Positions 25,308-32,000 of a DNA stretch of 32,000 bases are shown in pieces. Both the position numbers and the translations under genes were made by a program. The DNA lies in NCBI GenBank assembly GCA_963718915.1, contig CAVRAI010000015.1, forward strand, positions 330,001 through 362,000, given 5' to 3'. The notes beneath the pieces were generated by a model, which worked only from the letters and a program-made list of their open reading frames with translations, was not told where the DNA came from and ran no database searches. This stretch comes from an uncultured Chloroflexia bacterium. Its GTDB lineage: Bacteria; Chloroflexota; Ktedonobacteria; Ktedonobacterales; JADMIN01. Numbering within the stretch: the stretch's first letter is position 1; every line of letters begins with the position of its first letter.

Positions 25308-26708
25308 TCAGGGGCGAATGTTCTGGTTCTGGCTGAACAGGTTGGTCGGGTCGTACTCGCGCTTGACGGCTACCAGGCGGTCGTAGTTATCGCGGTAGGT
25401 TGCGCGGATACGCTCTTCGCCTTCATCCATCATGAAGTTGACATACGCGCCGCCTGCCGAGAGGGGATGCAGCGCCTCCCAGTAGTCGCGTACCCACTGC
25501 CTTCCAGATGGCAGGTTTGCTGGATCCTCACATGCTACCAGGATGACATGGACGAAGCGTGCGTCGCGATAGCTGAATGCCGTCTCGTCGTGGCCTACCT
25601 GCTGCGGTTTTCCGCTGGTGGGGTAGATGTGCATCGTCGACGAATCGATTGTCACCTGTGGGCCGAAGCGAGCATGCACATCAATAGCGGCGTCGCTCAG
25701 ATCATTCATGAAGTCGGCCTTCCAGTAATGATGGAGCTTGCCGGACGGCTGAGTAAAGTCGAACATACTGTTGAGCATCGGGAGTGGCAGCGGTCCGATG
25801 GCATCCAGCACTGGCCCGAAGTCCCGTAATGGCTTGAGTAACCCTTCCGCCTGCTCCTGCGGGCCGGTGTAGCAGACGACGATGCCGCAGACACGTTGGT
25901 TGCGCAGCGCCTCCGGGAAGGCAGGCACGTCAGGCACAATCAGGAATGCGAAGAACGCGTTGAAGTCCTCGGGCGTGGAAGCCATGACCTCGCGGAAGAG
26001 CAGCAGCGCCTCGCGGCTCTTTTCGATGGGATAGAGGATAGGGCCGCCGATGACGGTATCCACGGCGTGCAATTGCAACGAGAGCGAGGTGACCACGCCA
26101 AAGTTGCCGCCGCCGCCACGTAGCGCCCAGAACAGATCAGGGTTGTGGTCGGGGCTGGCCGTCACTAGCGTGCCGTTGGCCAGCACGACATCCGCCGAGA
26201 GCAAATTGTCGCAGCTCAGGCCGTATGTCCGGGTGAGGTAGCCGATACCGCCGCCCAGCAGCAGGCCCATGCCGGTGGTGGAGATGATACCCGCCGGTGT
26301 GGCCAGGCCAAAGGCATGCGTCGCGTGATCGACATCACCCCAGGTCGCGCCACCCTCGACGCGCGCGACACGCTGCTCAGGATCGACCCAGACGCTACGC
26401 ATGTGCGAGAGGTCAATCACCAGACCGCCATCATTCACCGCGAACCCAGTCACGTTGTGGCTGCCGCCGCGTACCGAGACATTGAGCTTTGCCTGGCGCC
26501 CGAAATTGACCGCGCTGATGACGTCGGCAACGTCATTGCAGCGTATGATGACCGCCGGACGGCGATCAATCATCGCATTGAAGACATGACGCGCCTCATC
26601 GTAGGCGGCGTCACCTGGCAGGATGACCTCGCCACGGATCGTGGTTCGCAGCGCATCGAGCTGGCTGCTATCGAGAGCTTGCCGCCCTGTCGTTGACGAT
26701 GTTGTCAT
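25308..26708 (-). CDS. FAD-linked oxidase (FAD_binding_4 with BBE-like C-terminus)
   Basis: Start at ATG 26708 (AGGAGG upstream). It has VRGGSHN, GGATWGDV and GGGIGYLTR, and a C-terminal YVNF...NYDRLVAVKREYDPTNLF typical of berberine-bridge-type oxidases. Confidence 0.8.
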   Translation of the reverse strand: MTTSSTTGRQALDSSQLDALRTTIRGEVILPGDAAYDEARHVFNAMIDRRPAVIIRCNDVADVISAVNFGRQAKLNVSVRGGSHNVTGFAVNDGGLVIDLSHMRSVWVDPEQRVARVEGGATWGDVDHATHAFGLATPAGIISTTGMGLLLGGGIGYLTRTYGLSCDNLLSADVVLANGTLVTASPDHNPDLFWALRGGGGNFGVVTSLSLQLHAVDTVIGGPILYPIEKSREALLLFREVMASTPEDFNAFFAFLIVPDVPAFPEALRNQRVCGIVVCYTGPQEQAEGLLKPLRDFGPVLDAIGPLPLPMLNSMFDFTQPSGKLHHYWKADFMNDLSDAAIDVHARFGPQVTIDSSTMHIYPTSGKPQQVGHDETAFSYRDARFVHVILVACEDPANLPSGRQWVRDYWEALHPLSAGGAYVNFMMDEGEERIRATYRDNYDRLVAVKREYDPTNLFSQNQNIRP

Positions 26709-26822
26709 GAAAGGGATCTCCTCCCTATTGCGCCGTTTTGGACGCAATATTCCCCTTGACGTGCGCCACTATACGCCGCACGCCTGTCGTACAAACGGTG
26801 ATTTTACTAGCGCAGGCTCGCG

Positions 26823-27119
26823 CTAGCTCGGCTGGGAGACATAGATGATCTCGCCGTCATGCCAGTCGGGCGGCCCATCCAGGAAGGCGAGAAGCTGGCG
26901 ATAGCGGGCATCCTGCTCGGGGGCATTCGCGTTGGCGACGTAGGCCTCTTTACTGCTGAAGATGACCGCAAGCCAATACTCATTCGGATCGCTATCCATC
27001 CGATAGACGTAGGAGCCGACCGCTCCCGCGATATGCGCTTCCTCGTAGAGGCGCATCTGTTCGGCCAATTGCGACTCCGCGCCTGGTTTTGCCCGCATTC
27101 GTGCGACGGTGCCATACAT
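26823..27119 (-). CDS. ABM (antibiotic-biosynthesis-monooxygenase-like) ferredoxin-fold protein
   Basis: A 98-aa ORF with the pattern ...YWLAVIFSSKEAYVANANAPEQDARYRQL, resembling ABM/dimeric alpha-beta barrel proteins. Confidence 0.55.
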   Translation of the reverse strand: MYGTVARMRAKPGAESQLAEQMRLYEEAHIAGAVGSYVYRMDSDPNEYWLAVIFSSKEAYVANANAPEQDARYRQLLAFLDGPPDWHDGEIIYVSQPS

Positions 27120-27346
27120 AGGTCAATGCCCTTTCCTCACGCTGAACATGTACCTGGAGCGCCAGGCTAACCCTGGAGCGCGGAGCCTCTCATCCGCACT
27201 CTCAGAGTACCCAGAAAGCGCGCGCGCGCCATCGTGGATGGTACGGAGATTGGCGCCATGGCTGTACGGAGAAACGCGCTACATACGGCTACACGGAGCG
27301 GACGAGAGGTGGACGAGGTGACAGAGAGACAGAAGAGCGCCAAACA

Positions 27347-30300
27347 TCAGCGCGACCGGCGGGAGGCGGGACGGCGCGCGCGATGGGGTGGCGCGCTGAG
27401 TAGCGTCTGGGTGGCGTCGGGCTGAGTCAATCCAATATCAACGGCCCAGGCGGCGATCTGCGCCCGCGAACTAAATCCCAGCTTACCCAGGATGTTAGTG
27501 ACATGCGATTCGGTGGTGCGTTCGCTGATGACCAGTTCATCGGCGATTGCGCGGTTGGACCTCCCCTGCGCCACCAACGCGGCGACCTCGCGCTCGCGTG
27601 CGGTCAACATCAGCGACGCCGCCCGTGTGATTTCCACCGAACGCTTCGGTTCAGGTGGCAGGCTGGCGAGGCTCTGTCGTAAAAAGACTGCGCGCAGCAC
27701 CGCATCGGAGATCGTCTCGGCCAGCCGAAAGGCCAGCTCGCGCGCTTCGTTCGCGGCGCGTGTTGCATCGTCACTACGGCCCATCTGCTGATAAAGCAAC
27801 GCCAGGTTGGTCAGTACTCGCCGCAGTGACGTCTGTGCGCCCTGTGCGCGCAAGTCTATTTCAGCGGCGTGCAGCCATGCCTCCGCTTCATCATAGCGGC
27901 CTAATGCTGTCAGCGCCTTCCCATTCAGGAGCGCCACCATAGGCATGCCATGCTGTCCGTCGGGAGACGAATTTCCAGTGAGGCGCCGGGCGATGTCGAG
28001 CGCGACGTCGGGCATTCCCTGAGCCAGCGCCAGATCCCCACGTGTCATCCAGGACAACCGCTGCCCCACGGTCTGCATGGCGATATCGATCGGAGCGCCA
28101 GCATCCAGCACAGCCTCAGCCGTTTCCAGGTCGCCCTGAGCTATGCAGGTTGCCGCGAGTACCGCGGTTAGCTCGCGCATCCAGTGTGTTGAGTTGATCG
28201 CATGAGCCAGCTTTAGCCCGTGTTCCAGGTGCTCGCGGGCCAGCGCCAACGCATAGAGTTCATATGCCAGTTCACCGAGTGTGCAATACGAAGCGGCCAT
28301 CCATTGGCGGTGCTCGATATCTTTGGCAACGGCCAATGCGGAGGTGGCGCTCGTCATACCTCGGCCAAACTCTCCGCTGGCAGCCAGGCAGAGACCCATT
28401 ACCCAAAGCGCGTTGGCCTCCCCTGCCCGCCATCCCATCTCGCGCGCGATACGCAAGCCCTCCTCAGCATGACGAGTCGCCTCGCTCAGTGTCGTAGGCG
28501 CGAGGGTCATTGTCTGTGATTGGCGGAGCGCCGCTGTAAATGGCAGCGTCACCAGGCTGGATGATAGCGGCTGCCGGTCATCCAGGGCGCGCAGCATGTC
28601 TATTGCACGCTGCCCATAGCTCACTGCGTCGATCAGATCATCGCTGAGGATTCCAGCCATGCACAGTAAATCAAGTGTTTCCGCAACGCCGCGCGCGTCG
28701 TCCGCAGCCTCGAAGATGCCTAAAGCCTCCAGGTGATAGCTCTTTGCCTTAAGCGGCTCGTCAACGTTGAGATGCCAGTTGGCAAGCCGGTTTAGCGTGC
28801 GCGCGCGTTTCAATGGCTCATCGAGCGTGTCCGCAAGCGTCAGGGCGCGCTGATAATATTCGCCTGTTTTGGCGTAGTCGCGTCCCGCCCAGAGAAGTCC
28901 CAGATCGAGGAGCGCAGCCCACTCGGTAGCGGTATCGTCGTTCTCGTGCGCCAGTGTAAGCGCAATCTCCAGATCGCTCCGTGCGTGCTCAAAATCGCCG
29001 AGTGTTTCATAGGCGCTGGCGCGCGCCTGATAGATGGCGGGAGCTACCGGCACGCCGAGGTGATGCGCGGCGTTGACGGCCTGAGTAAATTGTTCGAGCG
29101 CGGCATGTGGCGCGTAGAGCGCCAGCGCGCGTTCTCCCGCCTGATGTGCGTATTCGAGTGAGCGCGTCCATTCTCCCGCCTGGCAGGTGTGGTATGCCAG
29201 TTCGCTCAGATGGCTTTCCAACTCGTCGGCATAGAGGACTTCCAGTGCCGCTGCGATGGTGCGGTGCATCGTCCGGCGTTCGCGCTCCAGCAATTCGGAG
29301 TAGACGGCCTGGCGAGTAAGCGCATGGCGGAAGGCGAAGCGCTCGGCGGATTGTTCGACGACCAGTTGCGCCGCGATCAGTTCTTTAAGCAGATCGAGCA
29401 ACGCCGCTTCTTCACACCCACAGAGATGCTGGAGTAGCGCGAACTCGAATCGCTGCCCAACGACCGCCGCAAATGCCAGTATCTGACGCGCCGCCACGCT
29501 GAGGTGTTCGCTGCGTCGGCGGACGGCATCCTGCACGCTGCGGGGGATATTGAGATCATTGAGTGGCTTGCGCTCCCATCCCTCGCTGCTATAGTAGATT
29601 TCGTCGTCGGCCAGCAGCGCATGCAATACCTCTTCGATGAAGAACGGATTGCCTTCGGTCAGGTTATACATGGCGTCGAGGAATTCATGGCGTACGGGGC
29701 GTTGTAACTGGAAGATGACATGGAGCATTTCCTCAACTTCAGCTGACGACAGTGGGGCAAGCGCTATCTCGCTCGCCAGCCGCTCGCGGTCGAGTTGCGC
29801 GAGGAAATGCTGAAGTTGTGTGTGCTGCTCGTCGCTGCGATAGGTCAGCAGCAGCAAAATCGGGAGTTGCGGGAGCCGCCGCGCGAGGAATGTGAGAAAT
29901 TCGAGGCTAGTGTCATCGGCCCAGTGGATATCTTCGGCGACCAGGAGGAGCGGCTGGCGCGCGCTGAGTCTGGACAGCAGGTGAACCAGCGCCTCGAAGA
30001 GACGTCGCTTCTCCTGCTCCGGGCTAATCAACGGAGCAATGGCGCCGGGAGGAAGATAGGCGACCAGCTCTGGCAGCAGTCGTGCGTACTCGGTGGCGTA
30101 TGTTCCTGCGTCGCGCATCAATTCTGTCGGCGTAACAATGGCGAGCAGCGCCCGCAGGGCATCGATCAGTGGGCCGTAGGGTAGGGAACGATCTGGCTCG
30201 AAGCAATTACCCTGGAGGGTGAGCATCGCGTCTCGGCGGATGCCCGTCTTGATTTCCGCGATCAGTCGCGACTTGCCAATACCCGCCTCACCAGCCAGTA

Positions 30301-30412
30301 AAAGGGTATGCCCATGTCCCTGGCGCATCTGTCCCAGTTGGAGTGAGACGGACTCCAGATACGCCATGCGGCCAATCAGTCTTGGGCATATCGCAGAGTG
30401 CGGAGCGGCCAT
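27347..30412 (-). CDS. LAL-type (large ATP-binding LuxR) transcriptional regulator: AAA/NTPase + TPR-like repeats + C-terminal LuxR HTH
   Basis: Walker A is LLLAGEAGIGKSRL and Walker B is LLLVAEDIHWAD. The middle is long and helical-repeat. The C-terminus LTAREREVAALVAQGRSNRAIADELVISERTTESHVTNILGKLG is a GerE/LuxR HTH. Confidence 0.85.
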   Translation of the reverse strand: MAAPHSAICPRLIGRMAYLESVSLQLGQMRQGHGHTLLLAGEAGIGKSRLIAEIKTGIRRDAMLTLQGNCFEPDRSLPYGPLIDALRALLAIVTPTELMRDAGTYATEYARLLPELVAYLPPGAIAPLISPEQEKRRLFEALVHLLSRLSARQPLLLVAEDIHWADDTSLEFLTFLARRLPQLPILLLLTYRSDEQHTQLQHFLAQLDRERLASEIALAPLSSAEVEEMLHVIFQLQRPVRHEFLDAMYNLTEGNPFFIEEVLHALLADDEIYYSSEGWERKPLNDLNIPRSVQDAVRRRSEHLSVAARQILAFAAVVGQRFEFALLQHLCGCEEAALLDLLKELIAAQLVVEQSAERFAFRHALTRQAVYSELLERERRTMHRTIAAALEVLYADELESHLSELAYHTCQAGEWTRSLEYAHQAGERALALYAPHAALEQFTQAVNAAHHLGVPVAPAIYQARASAYETLGDFEHARSDLEIALTLAHENDDTATEWAALLDLGLLWAGRDYAKTGEYYQRALTLADTLDEPLKRARTLNRLANWHLNVDEPLKAKSYHLEALGIFEAADDARGVAETLDLLCMAGILSDDLIDAVSYGQRAIDMLRALDDRQPLSSSLVTLPFTAALRQSQTMTLAPTTLSEATRHAEEGLRIAREMGWRAGEANALWVMGLCLAASGEFGRGMTSATSALAVAKDIEHRQWMAASYCTLGELAYELYALALAREHLEHGLKLAHAINSTHWMRELTAVLAATCIAQGDLETAEAVLDAGAPIDIAMQTVGQRLSWMTRGDLALAQGMPDVALDIARRLTGNSSPDGQHGMPMVALLNGKALTALGRYDEAEAWLHAAEIDLRAQGAQTSLRRVLTNLALLYQQMGRSDDATRAANEARELAFRLAETISDAVLRAVFLRQSLASLPPEPKRSVEITRAASLMLTAREREVAALVAQGRSNRAIADELVISERTTESHVTNILGKLGFSSRAQIAAWAVDIGLTQPDATQTLLSAPPHRARRPASRRSR

Positions 30413-30584
30413 GGCTCAATCTGCCCTTCACGAGTATTAGAGAACGGGCACGCATCGCCAACATCATACGGGGAACTCATGACACCACGCCTTCCATGCG
30501 CAGTATATCCGCAAGCAAGGGCAATCAACAATACGCAGTCCTACCATAACACATGAGGCGCCTCCGGAGAGACACAGAAAGCAG

Positions 30585-30610
30585 CCCCCGTCTGCTCCAG
30601 GCGACGGGGG
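30585..30610 (-). terminator. candidate terminator of the TraD-like gene
   Basis: The stem is CCCCCGTC / GACGGGGG (8 bp) with a 10-nt loop. It lies 25 nt after the stop and is followed on the minus strand by CTGCTTTCTGTG. Confidence 0.5.
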
Positions 30611-30634
30611 TGTAGGGTGCGCCTGGGGTGGACG

Positions 30635-31996
30635 TCAGTTGAAGGTAAAACCGGTCGGCCCGCGCTCGCTCTCATGATCCGCGCGCTCCATATTCGAGCG
30701 CCGGTTGATCTCGCTATCCACCTCCTCGCGTGGCCGCCCATACGCCTCACGCGAGAGATCGCGGATGCCCTCCGCCCGCTGCCCGACGAACTCCACGGGC
30801 GATGGCTGGGTCTGCAGCGTGAAGACGGGTGTGCGGTGGCCCTGAATCAGCAGCCGACCGTAGGCGGTGTAGTCCGGCAATGTAATCAGGTGTTGCGCGG
30901 CAATTGGCGACGGCGCGAGAATCGACTCCATGGCTACGGCATCGGTGGCTCCCAGGCGGAACGAGATGATGCTGCCGACGTTGCCCAGCAGCGCATCGCG
31001 AATCTCGCCGGTAAGCTGGCCCACGTGCTGGTTGGCGAGCGTCAGCCCGACATGATATTTCCGCGCCTCCGCCAGCATCTGCGCCAGGCTGTCGGTGGCA
31101 TAGTTGTGGAACTCATCCACTACCAGCGAGACATCGCGCCGCTGGGCGTCGGGCAGTTGCGCGCGGGAGAGCGCCGCCCGCAGAATCATAGGCAGCAGAA
31201 TCAGCCCCAGGAAGTTGGCGTTTTCACTGCCAAGCCGCCCTTTGGCCAGGTTCAACAGCACGATCTTGCCGTTATTCATCGCCTCGTTGAAGGAGAAGCT
31301 GCTGGTGGACTGGCCCAGAATCCGCCGCATAGTGCGGTCGGTGACGAAGTGCGAGAACTTGGACACGAGCCAGTCCAGAACCTCGCTCCTGTGAAAATCA
31401 TTGGTGGCGCTGATCTGATCGGTCCAGTAGCGTTTGACAATGGGATCGGTGACGTGCGGCAGCAGATGCTGTCTCACGAAGTGGTGATCCTGGAAGGCCC
31501 GCAAGACTTCCACCAGCGTATTCCCTGGCGCGCTCATCACGGTCAGCATGACATTACGCGCCCCATGCTCGAAGCGTGGCCCGATGATGCCGGTATGATG
31601 TGGGTCGTAGAGCTTGATGAGCAGGTCGATGAAGGCATTCACCATCATCTCGCGTTCATCTTCGTCGCCGGTTTCCAGAGGATTGAGGCCGACGGGGAAC
31701 GCCTTATCCGCGGGATCGAAGAGCACGACATCGTGCATTCTTTCCTCAGGAATCTTGCCGAGAATCTGCCCAATCAGATCGCCATGCGGGTCAATCACAA
31801 TGACCGAGCGGCCGTCCAGAACATCCTGCAGGATGATATTTTCCAGCAGGGTTGATTTGCCGGTTCCGGTCTGCCCGACGATCCAGCAGTGGTGGTTCCT
31901 GCTGGCCTGGGGTAGCGTGACGGGCGACATGACGCCATGCACGCGATTGACGCCCAGGTGAATGCCATCGCGCACGGGCGCGCGGAACGGCAGCAT
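30635..31996 (-). CDS. TraD/VirD4-like (type IV coupling protein / HerA-FtsK superfamily) ATPase; 5-prime end may lie beyond the window
   Basis: Walker A is IVGQTGTGKSTLL, followed by VIVIDPHGDL. Walker B is VSLVVDEFHN, then ARKYHVGLTLANQHVGQL, which is typical of TraD/TraG C-terminal modules. The first Met is 5 nt from the window edge. Confidence 0.7.
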   Translation of the reverse strand: MLPFRAPVRDGIHLGVNRVHGVMSPVTLPQASRNHHCWIVGQTGTGKSTLLENIILQDVLDGRSVIVIDPHGDLIGQILGKIPEERMHDVVLFDPADKAFPVGLNPLETGDEDEREMMVNAFIDLLIKLYDPHHTGIIGPRFEHGARNVMLTVMSAPGNTLVEVLRAFQDHHFVRQHLLPHVTDPIVKRYWTDQISATNDFHRSEVLDWLVSKFSHFVTDRTMRRILGQSTSSFSFNEAMNNGKIVLLNLAKGRLGSENANFLGLILLPMILRAALSRAQLPDAQRRDVSLVVDEFHNYATDSLAQMLAEARKYHVGLTLANQHVGQLTGEIRDALLGNVGSIISFRLGATDAVAMESILAPSPIAAQHLITLPDYTAYGRLLIQGHRTPVFTLQTQPSPVEFVGQRAEGIRDLSREAYGRPREEVDSEINRRSNMERADHESERGPTGFTFN

Positions 31997-32000
31997 CTCG

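Noticed and set aside
27241-27298. Three (G/C)ACGGAG repeats between the LAL regulator and the ABM gene
   Set aside because: The motif is short (7-8 nt) with irregular spacing (23 and 27 bp) in GC-rich sequence. This is insufficient to call a binding array.
30617-31855. 412-aa plus-strand ORF
   Set aside because: It is antisense to the TraD-like ATPase, which has clear Walker motifs. It has shadow-frame composition.

Overview
High-GC bacterial chromosomal window, about 60-68% GC in the 60-nt lines I hand-counted. All family assignments come from motifs read by eye in the supplied translations; no database search was possible.

Left part, about 420-12838. This is a ~12.4 kb integrated element sitting in the 3-prime end of an acyl-CoA ligase gene and bounded by a 12-bp direct repeat, CTTGCCGGTGAC. 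It encodes:
- a large serine recombinase whose ORF reads across the left att core into displaced host ligase codons
- an XRE regulator co-transcribed with the recombinase
- a SWIM zinc-finger protein and a small Cys-rich ORF
- a leftward replication-type operon: Cro-like HTH, a prim-pol/DUF3987 primase-helicase broken by two compensating frameshifts, and several unknowns. I recognised no capsid, tail or terminase gene.
- a low-GC (~43-57%) two-gene cargo: an Mrr-type PD-(D/E)xK nuclease domain fused to a ParA/MinD ATPase, plus a translationally coupled 172-aa partner.

The cargo pair is my best candidate for an undescribed system, either defence or an unusual partition module.

Right part, 12.7-32 kb. 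This is ordinary chromosome:
- the frameshifted acyl-CoA ligase
- two unknown genes
- a zinc-ribbon protein
- a CapA-like protein
- an M50/CBS protease
- a Dabb protein
- gyrA
- an AI-2E transporter
- a DhlA-like haloalkane dehalogenase
- a BBE-type FAD oxidase
- an ABM protein
- a 1021-aa LAL/LuxR regulator
- a TraD/VirD4-like ATPase at the right edge

I found no rRNA, tRNA or CRISPR. Three single-base indels at short homopolymers break two genes, so assembly error cannot be separated from real gene decay.
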